NCBI GenBank assembly: GCA_001938485.1
Contig: MQRK01243625.1
Coordinates: 1 to 64,000 of the forward strand
Direction of reading: 5' to 3'
From: Girardia tigrina
Lineage: Eukaryota
DNA: 64,000 nucleotides
Within the stretch, counting starts at the first letter, position 1. Each line of letters starts with the position of its first letter. A model generated the notes under the pieces. That model made no database searches, was not told the origin of the DNA, and worked only from the letters and a program-made list of their open reading frames with translations. Position numbers and translations under genes: made by a program. Below are positions 35,339 through 46,290 of this stretch, piece by piece.

Positions 35339-35699
35339 AAATATATACGTCAAAAAGGGCACACAATGTTGCGCAATGTAAGAAAATGTTATATTTCACA
35401 ATTCAATTGCACAAAAATGTACATACCAGGAAAAACAATATTGACATTGATTTTTTTATCACGCAACACCGTAAACACAATAAACTTTGTTAAAAACATA
35501 AACTTCGAAGAATTACCGAACAATCAAAATGAAGTGCTAACATAATGTCAAAACACATCACTTAAGTTAAAAAATTAATGATAATTGGTACGAGCATTCC
35601 ATAACTGGCTTAAATAGACCTTTAATTTCAAGAAATCTGAGGGCTATCTGTATAAAAAACATTCACAATTTCGGACACTAAGAAGCATAAGAAATTTAC

Positions 35700-36420
35700 A
35701 ATATTATAAAACAACAAATCTGTTGGAAAACAGGCATAAAGGCGTCAAGGTTTATACCCATAATTGTACAATTTGTAACAAAAGAAATCTGCAAAAATCT
35801 CAAATTGCAACAGACCAAATATGAAAAACTAGACAAACTGGAATTCTTACATCTGTATCTAATCGGACACCTGCCATCGAACAAAAATTATAGATTCATC
35901 TTGTGTATAATTGACCATCAAAACAAATTGGTTTGAAGCCATTCCGATCAAAGATATTTCGACAAATATGATCTGTGTCAAATTCGAAATATACTGAATA
36001 GTAAGATACGGACCACCAAACCGATTAGTTACAGATCAAGGGAGACAATTCCAAACGACATAATTCATTAATCTTTGCGCGAATCTCAACATCAAAAAAA
36101 TCAAAACCACACAATATAACCCATAATCCAATGAAAAATCGAAATATTTAACCGATATTTCAACCAACCGTTAAGGACAAAATGTGGTAACCACCATTGG
36201 CTGGAAAAACTTCCAGAAACAACATTGGCACTTAGGCTCAAACCAAACGACGTAGACAAAACATCAGCATTTGAAAAACTAACCGAAACGAAATGTAAAT
36301 TCGAATTGTTCAAAAAAATTAACGACGAAGTAACAGACAAAATAACACCGGAGCAAATAAAGGAGAAAACTTTTATTAAAATCGAAAATACCAAAAGTTT
36401 TGAAGAAAATTACTAATGAC
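35700..36420 (+). mobile_element. Degraded Ty3/gypsy integrase
   Basis: RFILCIIDH, WFEAIPIKDIS, RYGPPNRLVTDQGRQF and TTQYNP motifs, with stops. Confidence 0.85.
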
Positions 36421-37989
36421 CTTTGGAAATAATTAGAAAAAAACATATGATTTAAGAAACGTTAAAATAATATAACTTTCACATACAAATAATAAAATTT
36501 ACATTCCATTTTCTTTGTAGGGCTATGTAGCGTGGGTTTCTCGCACTTCAGATATCGTCTGATCATCTTGGTTCATAACTTTCAACTAGTCCGTACCTTT
36601 ATGTTCGTTCCTTTCATGAGATATGTTCTCGCTTATACTTATCATGTGTACCTTGAATATTGTGTAACATATATATATACTGCTGTATGTATGTCATACA
36701 ATGTGTTTTTGTAATTTTTATTATTTTAATCTATTTCCTGTCAGAAAAAATCAAGAAGAAAGAAAAATAATAGCGAGAAACAATAAGATGCAATACGTAA
36801 ATATTAAAAAAAGAAAGAAACAGAGTGAAAGACGCCGGTTTATAATTCCCCCCGACACACTCCCTTAGTCAAATAAAAATGGTATTATTGTGTTAAAATT
36901 TTAAATTCAAAAAAAATATCATTAATTGATTATAAATTATCGTCAGGAAAGAATATACTTACCAACGAATTAATAAATGCTGATATTTTAACGTTATTCC
37001 GAGTTATTATTCTATCATCATTCTACTCAAAGAAACGTTCTACAAACGAATTAACTAGTTCCGACATACAACCGCATTCTGTATTTTGTTGGGTATACAA
37101 TTAAATCACCTTTTTTTATCTTTGTTTATAATAAACTAATAATCTGACTCCAAAATCGACCAAAAGGTTTCTTCCAACAATAATATATAAGGAATGAACA
37201 CAATTCTTTTTAATAAACTTTATTTGCAAATGACACTTGAGCACAAACTGAATTGAAACTTTATCGCCAAATCAAATATTTGAAGCACACTCAATCAATA
37301 CAACTCAATATCGATTTTTGAACGAGCAATATCTGTAATTTTAAAATAACAAACTTTCTCCCTTACAGGATACTCAATTTGTAATTATATTTAAAAATAA
37401 AAATAAAGATTACCGCAATTCATTACATAAAAACTTCAATGGAAACAGCAAAATGTATTTTTGTCCGAAAAATTTTGTGTGAATAAGACTAAAATAATAA
37501 TTGTTTATATACTAGTTTTTCCTAGCCTTGAAAATTGAAAAACTAAAACAAATCTCAAAATATTTATAAGTATTTATAAATTTCATAAAAATAATTATTA
37601 TAATAATAAAAAAAAATATTAATTTTAACTAGATTATAATTTTTAATTTTTTATTATTTTTTTTTAATTTAATTTATATTTTACGGAACCCCAACAATTT
37701 TATCCCGACTATATTTTATATTAAACGAAACGTTATATTAACAAAATTTCGGTTAACGATGTTACTATTGAAGACGTTATCTAAGAAAACTGCACGACAT
37801 TGTCTCGCATTAAGGAAACATATTACGAAGTAAATTCATTTATTTTCTGTGACTGAAATAAGTTTGATTCATACTGTGATACCTAATATGTTAAAATTTA
37901 TTTTAATTATATTGTTTATTTTTATTTTAATATTTAAAAAAAGAAAGCTCTCTTTTTCCTTTTGATCGTTGATTAAAGGAAAACTAGGA

Positions 37990-38660
37990 CTACTTTCATT
38001 TTTAATATAATTCTTAGTAAGCCGAGCTCAGGAAAAATGTGCCGAGAATGCGGGAGCGGCCCAGAAGCACAGGTAAATTTTTTGTCTTTGCAGCTAATAA
38101 TATCACGACGCAATGATATTATGTATCTGGTGGTGAATGCTCTGAACATTGAGAAACTGATCCTCTCCATCACAATGGACACAGAATGTAAATATTCCGT
38201 AACAATTATGACATAAAGGAGCTCTGGTTGATTGATATCAAGACACCATACGACACACGGAAGTTATTGAAAAAGGTCCGAAAAGAGAACGAAAAAACAT
38301 AAAAACGTCTGGAATCTAAAGCAAAAAAAACATGAAGACTGGACAGTCCGATTGAGAACCATCTTGGTCGACTGCCTTGGATCACGGTTCAGTGAGAATG
38401 AAACTGTATTTGTTATGCAAAATAGCAAATATCAAGATATCAAAAATAGCAAATGAAATTTCTATAATGTATGTGTATCATCTACAGTTTCAAGTATTAT
38501 ACCATGACTTGGAGTAAATTGAACTTGAGACTGCTATATCTACTGTCTAAAAAACATAATGAGGAATCGAGAGAAGTTTGTGCACATCATGACCCTCGAA
38601 CATTGTCTGAGGACAATATTTACTTGTTTTATAATAAACTTTGTTTTTTATGCATGTAAT
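37990..38660 (+). mobile_element. Degraded 3' end of an RLE-type non-LTR retrotransposon
   Basis: CRECGSGPEAQ zinc-knuckle remnant, SRRNDI (RHN/D-like) and LIDIKTPYD (D-x-K) across frameshifts. Confidence 0.7.
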
Positions 38661-40033
38661 ATTAATTTATGTGCATCAGAAATGCAATGAGTACTATAAA
38701 TTTTATCTTTTTATTACCACGTTTTTCTTAGCTTGGTTTCTTGTCTGTCTGGAACAAATCTTGCGATTGATTTTTCGACCAGTCATCCAATTGAGCTGAA
38801 TTTTTTTATACAGGCTTGCTTTCGATGACAATACAATATTTTAAAACATTTACTTTACGGATGCACGGAAAAAATTAATAAATTGAACAAATATTGTGAA
38901 AATCAAGTGATAATTAAGTGTAGAAGTATTACAATTAGGTTTAAAAATTATTTTGAAATAAAACTTGCTTTTATGAAAATAAAACTTTGTTATTTTGGTT
39001 TTATTATCATTTCTGTTATTCGAAATCAATCGAAAGATTTGAATTCCTAAATGATAACTAANNNNNNNNNNNNNNNNNNNNNNNNNNNNNNNNNNNNNNN
39101 NNNNNNNNNNNNNNNNNNNNNNNNNNNNNNNNNNNNNNNNNNNNNNNNNNNNNNNNNNNNNNNNNNNNNNNNNNNNNNNNNNNNNNNNNNNNNNNNNNNN
39201 NNNNNNNNNNNNNNNNNNNNNNNNNNNNNNNNNNNNNNNNNNNNNNNNNNNNNNNNNNNNNNNNNNNNNNNNNNNGAAATAGCAGTTACTAATAGCAGTA
39301 ATTCAGAAATCCGCCCCACGTTTTTGGTTAGGTATAAAATTTCGCACATGTCTAGAAAAAAAATTATTTTCCTCTTTTTAGTGCATTGGTATTGCTTGAA
39401 AAACGTGGTTGTTTTTATAAAAAATTTTTTTTATTAATAATATTATTTCATAACTGTTTACCAAATTCTGCAACACTCTGGTATTAATACTGATTTATTT
39501 AGTCTTGAATATCCCACTTTATTCATTAAAACATATTATACTATTAGGTTCCAATTGAATTCTTATCAATAAATTTTTAAATAATTTAAATAAAAAGTTA
39601 ATTTTTAGGCGGATCAATATTATAAAACGTTTTATTGTCTTTATTTTTATTGTTCAATAAATTAAGTATAGCGTTACATGTAAGTACGTAAGAATATTAA
39701 AAAGAAAAACCTCTTCAAAGACCGAATGGTTCTTTGACAGGATCATATTATTAAATATAATATTTGTACAGGGATCCTTCAATTTCAACATTTTAAAAAA
39801 GGGGAGAGCAATGAAAAAATAATAAATTTAATAATATGATTTTTTTATTTCTAAGCATACTTTTTAATATATATTTTAAATTCAGAAGCAAAAAAAGCAT
39901 AAGAAAAACAATGAATAATAATACTAAAAAATAATTTTTATTGTCTCTTGTTTTTGTTCATTTATACTTATTAAAAAAATATATTCTTAGTATTTCTTTC
40001 TATTCAGATAATGAATTGATAAAAAAAGAAATC

Positions 40034-40046
40034 GTTGCTAGGAAAA
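40034..40046 (+). promoter_or_regulatory. RFX X-box-like motif
   Basis: GTTGCTAGGAAAA, ~70 bp upstream of the ATG at 40115, in an otherwise very AT-rich promoter. Confidence 0.55.
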
Positions 40047-40114
40047 TTATAAATATATAAGATTATATTTTTATATATTTTTATAAATGCTTTAATAATC
40101 AAAAAATATATTAT

Positions 40115-43018
40115 ATGGGTTGCGAATTTAGTAAATCAACAAAGATATTTTCAAAGTCGGATTCTCCACCTCCGATAGAGAGTAAGCCCAAGATTCATAA
40201 TTAATTTTTTATCTTTTCAAATATTAAAATATTTGAACATTTTGTAATGATTTTATAGTAATCAATTTTATAAATTAATATTATTCTTTTCAGGTAAAAA
40301 ATTAATTTTCATTGTAATGATTTATTATTCTTTGATGATCTTTGGAAAGAACTCAAGATCTTAATGTGGTCCTTGCATCCTTTAAAAGTATTAAACCAAA
40401 GACTGTTAGGAGGTTTTAAATGCTGAAAGCACCTTCATATCACTCAACTTGTATAAACGAGAGTAAATGCAATACTATCTCACTATCACCACGTGTTTAC
40501 CAGACTCCGTAGTCATCCTCAAACTTGAATATAGCTAATCAGCTCTATGGCATTCACATTCAGAATAATAGCCAAGGCTTATTTAGCGGTCTGCTAGTCT
40601 ACTAATATTACAAATTATTCTAACAGTATTCTGCTAGCTTCAGACAATTCTAAAGACTGGACTCGAAAATCTTCTGATTTCCCAAGGACACTGCATGGAA
40701 ATATGTATGACTGGCTGTCACAGTACTGACATCCAAGATCTCAATGTACAAGTTTTTTCAGCCACAAAAAATAAAGTTATAAAGAAGATTAGCTCAAATC
40801 CACAAGCCATTTGAGACCTGTTTGAGATAAAACTTTTTACTGTGGATATATTTGAGACAATGTTTTCATTATCTATACTTCTAAAAATACACTTCCTAAT
40901 AACTCTAAACCCTTCTATGGTATTCAAATGATCAGTTTTTACTCTTTAGTATTTTCTTTTTTTAATCTTTTAACTAGTATTTATAAACATATTATGTCCA
41001 TCGTTGCCATAAAATTATGATCTATTTTTTGTTTATATATATACTTTTCAATTAATTCCAATGGCAATCGGGTTAATAAAACAAAAAATAGCCATTTTTC
41101 CAAACATTTATTTTTATTTTGCAATACTAGTTTCGCCATATTGGCATCTTCAGTTGACTAATTGAAATTTCAGATTTAAGTCCCTTTTATATAGCGATAG
41201 ACTGTTACGCAATACTCAATTTAAGGCTTTTTTTATTTTAATTTTTTTAATTAAAAAAAATAACAAGAAAAAACGTCTAAAAATCAATATTCAAAAAGAA
41301 AAAAAAGAAAAAGACAAAAAAAAGAAAACTTAAAAGAAACAGAAGACAAAAAAAACTAAGAATTAAAATATTTTAATATAATGTGAGGAATCACTTTGAA
41401 CATTTAAGCATGGTTTATAATGCTTAATTAACAATGCTTCAGTGATTATCCTCTCCTTATAATTGTCAAAATTTTTACATAAAACACTAAATTCCTTATC
41501 ACNNNNNNNNNNNNNNNNNNNNNNNNNNNNNNNNNNNNNNNNNNNNNNNNNNNNNNNNNNNNNNNNNNNNNNNNNNNNNNNNNNNNNNNNNNNNNNNNNN
41601 NNNNNNNNNNNNNNNNNNNNNNNNNNNNNNNNNNNNNNNNNNNNNNNNNNNNNNNNNNNNNNNNNNNNNNNNNNNNNNNNNNNNNNNNNNNNNNNNNNNN
41701 NNNNNNNNNNNNNNNNNNNNNNNNNNNNNNNNNNNNNNNNNNNNNNNNNNNNNNNNNNNNNNNNNNNNNNNNNNNNNNNNNNNNNNNNNNNNNNNNNNNN
41801 NNNNNNNNNNNNNNNNNNNNNNNNNNNNNNNNNNNNNNNNNNNTATTCAGAAGATAATTTTCAATCTTTATTAAATAGGCTTTTCAAATATCCTCTCTAC
41901 ATTTTTGTAAAAATTGTATTTAAACTAAATTAGATAAAATAGTGAAATGTAATTCTGTAAAATTATTGTAATTTAAAAGAAGTTATAAAAATCAATTCGT
42001 AAAAAATTTTTTTAATAAATAGCATATCAGTATGTTTACGTATAATAAATCTGGTCGAAAAGAAAACAAAACAAAAGTTCCTCAAAAAATTGTTTGAATA
42101 GTTGTTAATTGTTAGAGAAACATAGTTTTGCGTTCTGATGAATTCAATTATTTATCATGAACCTTACAGATAGTAAATGACAGAGTGCATGACTAGTTTT
42201 ATTCATTTTAGTTAGCTTATATAATTTAGTCTATTGTGAATCATAATATACACATAACATATTTACAATTATTATGAAAACTGTACTTCATTGAAAACAT
42301 TTTATATCCTCCAACTTTCAATTATTAATATAAGATATTAAATATTTTAGAATGATTAAATCTTAAATTATTGTTTTTTTATTATTTTATTTTATTATTT
42401 TAAATAATTAAAATATTATTCTGAAGATATTACATTTAATTTTTTGAAAAATAAATAATGAAAACAACATACAACATGCGAAAATATTCTTAGCCAAAAT
42501 GCAATTATTTTATTGTAATTTTCAGCCAAATTAAAAAGCGAAGTCGACTCCCGACCATGTGTTGTAAGAATTATTTCTGAAGACGAAAAATATGATTCGG
42601 AAGATAACGAAAGTAAATAAAATTATGTTCTTCTTATAATTTGATTAAGTTAGAAAATTTTTTAATTGAAAATGATTTATACAAAATTTAAAAAATAAAA
42701 TAAAGATTTCATTTGTGAGGAATATTTTAAATTGTTTGAATGTGTAAATGTAGTGATGCGGTATGTTGATTTAAGTATGTTGAATTTAGAATGGTGATTC
42801 TCCCACCCAGATGGAAATTGGTATTTTTTATTTAAATTTAAAGTGATTGACTATTCGAACACAATTAAAATTAAGTTTAATATTTTTTAGTAAAATTTAA
42901 ATTAAATGAATTTTTAATAATTTGATGATATTTTTATTATTTTAAGATTTATTGAAAAATGGTAAAAATTATTATTTTTTAATTAATATTTTCAGAGGCT
43001 AAATATTTTAAAAAATAA
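40115..43018 (+). CDS. Uncharacterised ~81-aa protein with N-terminal MGC acylation motif (5 exons)
   Basis: Exons 40115-40181, 42526-42612, 42706-42743, 42790-42820 and 42996-43018 all have GT-AG boundaries with matching phases: MGCEFSKSTKIFSKSDSPPPIETKLKSEVDSRPCVVRIISEDEKYDSEDNENFICEEYFKLFECNGDSPTQMEIEAKYFKK*. Missed by the ORF track. A gap lies in intron 1. Confidence 0.7.
40330..41200. mobile_element. Degraded Penelope-like element remnant in intron 1 of the MGC gene
   Basis: Weak GIY-YIG-tail-like translation on the plus strand (SQIHK...ITLNPS), plus a PLE-type hammerhead and AATAAA on the minus strand. Confidence 0.45.
41122..41156 (-). ncRNA. Minimal type I hammerhead ribozyme (Penelope-like element type)
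   Basis: Minus strand CAA-CUGAAGA-U-GCCA-AUA-UGGC-GAAA-C-UA-GUA-UUG: intact core, 4-bp stem II, palindromic ACUAGU stem III, GUA cleavage triplet and 3-bp stem I. Confidence 0.85.
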
Positions 43019-43219
43019 TTTAGAAAAATTGTTCGAATAATCATGATTAAAAATAGAAATAAGAAAATCAATTAGAAGGATGACAAACGATGAGAGACTA
43101 TCTGAGAGTCATAATGACTCTAAATGTGATTGTAATAAACATTCAAACGAGACTTGTTTAAATGTTCTTAATAACTTTTATTTAATGTTCTTATTAACTT
43201 TTATTTGTCCAAATTTGAA

Positions 43220-43650
43220 CTTATAAATGAAAGTGGCCATTTATAAGACAATCATTATAAGACAATCATTATTTTTTGTTTATGGATCTGACGCTTCAAA
43301 TGAGTGAAAATGCAAAATTGGTTGATAAATTCAGAAACGGAAATTTGATCTTCAAGATTAGCAACGCTCTGGTAGACCAAAGGAAATGAAATATGATAAA
43401 TCATTGCATTTGCTTAACCAAGATCCAGTTCAATCGACTGTTCAATTGGAAGAGTAACTAAATATTGATAAATAGAAACTTGCTCAGCGTTTGAGTCAAA
43501 TTGGTAAATTTTCTCTGATTTGAAAACTGGGTATTTAACGTTTGATTACAAGATTTTTGTTTAGCAAAATTCAATTAAAAAGACATAAAATCTTTGCTGG
43601 TGATGAAACAATAGATCTATTTTAGCAATCTACATTACAGAAAAAAATAT
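43220..43650 (+). mobile_element. Highly degraded mariner 5' half
   Basis: WLINSETE/F...RSGRPKEM...LNQDPVQSTVQLEE*LN and IFAGDET remnants. Confidence 0.65.
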
Positions 43651-43779
43651 AAATCAATTTTAATAAATGGCGCATTTCTCTTTTGTAAATCAGTTTTTTT
43701 AACTGTGAAAAGCTTATTATACTGAGATTAGTATATTATGCTGAGATTTACCTGTAAGATAGTGTTCAGTTTTATGAAA

Positions 43780-45595
43780 ACATCCGTATTTTACAGTGAC
43801 CATTTTTGAAAAATAAATCATATTTTCTTTCAATAATAATAACCTGAAAAAAATTTAAAAAAACTTTGATTATGAGAAATCCACTATGGTCAAGAATGAC
43901 CATGAAGGGTATTAAATGATCTTTAGTTAATATTATGACTACATAACTCAAAATCAACTTTAACATGAAACTATCGTTGGCCTAAGCTTTAGTTTAAATG
44001 TTAAGCACTTAGTTTTGATGACCTTGACTGATCTTAGACCTACGCAGTAACTAAGGTCTGTCATTATATGTAAATATCCGAGAGTAGGACTGCAAAAATC
44101 AAATATTTGACCTTGAACGACCTTGAGTGACCTTAGGTAACTATATAGATCCATTTCAGGATTAACGAGACCTATCCAAAAATTGATAGTTTATTGGGAA
44201 TATTGAAAGCATCTGGTAGCCATAAAGAGATATGATAAACATATTCATTAATGTGTAGATATATAAGAACTGAGTGCAAAAAATATTACTAACTTTAAAA
44301 TCCTCTATCTTCAAAACCATATTTTTGATTGAAAAAATACCGACTGTTTTGAAAAAATGTGTTTAATTCAAAATAATCTTAGTCAGCTAAGAAAGATTAT
44401 TAATTTTTTTAATAAATTCTGCGAGCTTTTCTGTAATGCCTGTCATTAAATTTGCAATTTTTGTTTCTGTCACGTTTTTGTCTTGTTCCACTTGTTCCAA
44501 AAATCTGCAATTGTCTGCACCCTTTTGCTTATCGTCTTTAATAGCCTTTTTACTTGGACCCAATATCTTTCGATTGGGTGAAGCTCTGGAAAATTTGGAG
44601 GGTTTGCCTCTTTTTGCACCAAATCAACGTTGTTGTCTTCGTACCACTTCTTGGTTGCCTTACCATAGTTGAATAAGATCAAATCTTGCCAAAAGAAAGT
44701 AAGACTTCTGTGCTGACTTATAAATGGTAATAAACGCTTTTTCAAGCACTTCTTCACATAGATTCTGTGTTTATTGTGCCAGATGTGACAAAGCATTTAC
44801 TCCTTTTCCCTCATCCACATGTAGCCTGCCAAACAAGAAATTGTTTTTTTGCTTCTAAATTTTTCTTCGACTCCTCCTCTCTTAGTTGCAGATTAAAATT
44901 CTTGACCGGGTAGCTAGGAAAACTCACAGAGCACATAAGTCGCATCATCCATAATGCAACATTTTTTCATCGCAAGAAAACCAGATTTCAGCTTTCTGGC
45001 TCGCTGCCGAGCCTTTATGTTCTTGTTAGCGTTCCAGTCTGGTATTGTTTGAACTTTATACGTTTTTAAACCCACAGACTGTTTAATTTTTCGAACTGTT
45101 TTCTCGCTACAATTTGCCTTTACCGCCAGTTTTCGATTTGATAGACAAATATTTCTCTCTAATAGAGCCTTTAATTTCTTCACATTCTGTGTACACGAAA
45201 AGCCCTTTCTTCTTCCCGAACCAATTTTTTTAAAAACGTTCAAGTTCTCATTGAAGTTTTTAATATCGTTAGAAACTGTTTTCTGGAAGACCTTTACCTT
45301 TCTGGCAATTATTTTCTGACTTGATTGTGGATTTTCTTGAAATAAACGAATAATTAATTCGCGACTTCCTGTTTCTGACGACATATTCATATAAATGAAA
45401 TTTAAAAATGAATACTGACATGAATTTTATTTTGATTTATTCAAACAAAAGCCTACTTGATTAGTTTTTTGCAATTTGTGAATTTATGTTGGAGTGATAT
45501 AGATTTAAAGTAAGTAATATTTTCGCACTCAGTCCTTATACAGACAAAGCGAATACAATATGGCATTTTTTCATATGAGAAAATGTGCTAAAAGT
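43780..45595. mobile_element. Probable DINE-1/Helentron-like non-autonomous element, interrupted by the DD37E transposon
   Basis: Repeated TGACCTTGA motifs (43880-44140) and, beyond the insertion, a terminal palindrome CATTTTTTCA-TA-TGAGAAAATG (~45564-45585). Confidence 0.35.
44264..45538 (-). mobile_element. Full-length ITmD37E (DD37E) Tc1/mariner-superfamily transposon, disabled
   Basis: Imperfect ~37-bp TIRs TAAG(A/G)ACTGAGTGC..., flanked by TA. Motifs CIMDDATYV, FWQDL and NPPNFPELHPIERYW, with exactly 37 residues between the second D and the E. Confidence 0.9.
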
Positions 45596-45599
45596 AGTT

Positions 45600-46040
45600 A
45601 GTTTATTTTTGGTAAATGACAGTTACATCACCAAAGCCAAATTATTCACCATAAAAAGTTTATGGTAGGATATTAAAGTAAAAGTCCCTAAAAGTTGCTA
45701 GAACCAAACAATACAATAAATTCATAATAATTGATTCGATTAACCAAAAGAAACTGCTGAAAAAACGCTAAATGATCTTCTTCTGTATTATAATTTTTTG
45801 CCATTTATTGAAATCATAACCAAACAAGTAATTTTTCACCAAGATTGGGACATTTTGACACATCTAGCTAATTCTTCAAGTCTAGATCATTCAGACTATC
45901 ATTTATGTAGATTGATAGAGCTTTTCTGCGCGGTCGTAAGTTCAAAAATAATAAAGACCTATTAAATTTGAATCAAAATTAACTTCATTCTAAAAAGAAA
46001 TTGAATTCACAATTTGACATTAAGACAGGATCATAGATAA
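45600..46040 (+). mobile_element. Highly degraded mariner 3' half
   Basis: WDILTHLANSSSLDHSDYHL (decayed HPPYSPDLAPSDYHL) and LRGRKFKN. Confidence 0.6.
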
Positions 46041-46165
46041 TAATGACATGATTATTTTATTTATTTTTTACTAATAATTGTTCCCCTAAAATTAGTCATT
46101 ACTTTAACAGTGATCTTATACATTATAATTGAATTTCATTTTATGTTATTATATAAAGATGTAAA

Positions 46166-46290
46166 GGGGTTCGGGAGCCCCGGACCCATAGGGGACTGTC
46201 CTTTTTGGAGACAGTTATCATTGAACCGACTGACCCTCTCACTAATTATTTATATCGGGTCTAACAGTCGCCTCACCAAGATTGGATTGC
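46166..46290. other. GC-rich multi-hairpin island
   Basis: Stems GGGGTT/AGCCCC, ACTGTC/GACAGT and CGACTG/CAGTCG enclosing ACCC/GGGT. Shares CCTCACCAAGATT with 61859. Confidence 0.5.

Noticed and set aside
36950-39800. Minus-strand spliced gene divergent from the MGC gene
   Set aside because: Several plausible splice sites exist, but I could not assemble a phase-consistent ORF, and a gap interrupts the region. It could be a lncRNA but is not supportable here.
46225-46270. HDV-like ribozyme (CTAA followed by a P2-like strand)
   Set aside because: P1, P1.1 and the P3/L3 arrangement cannot be built.
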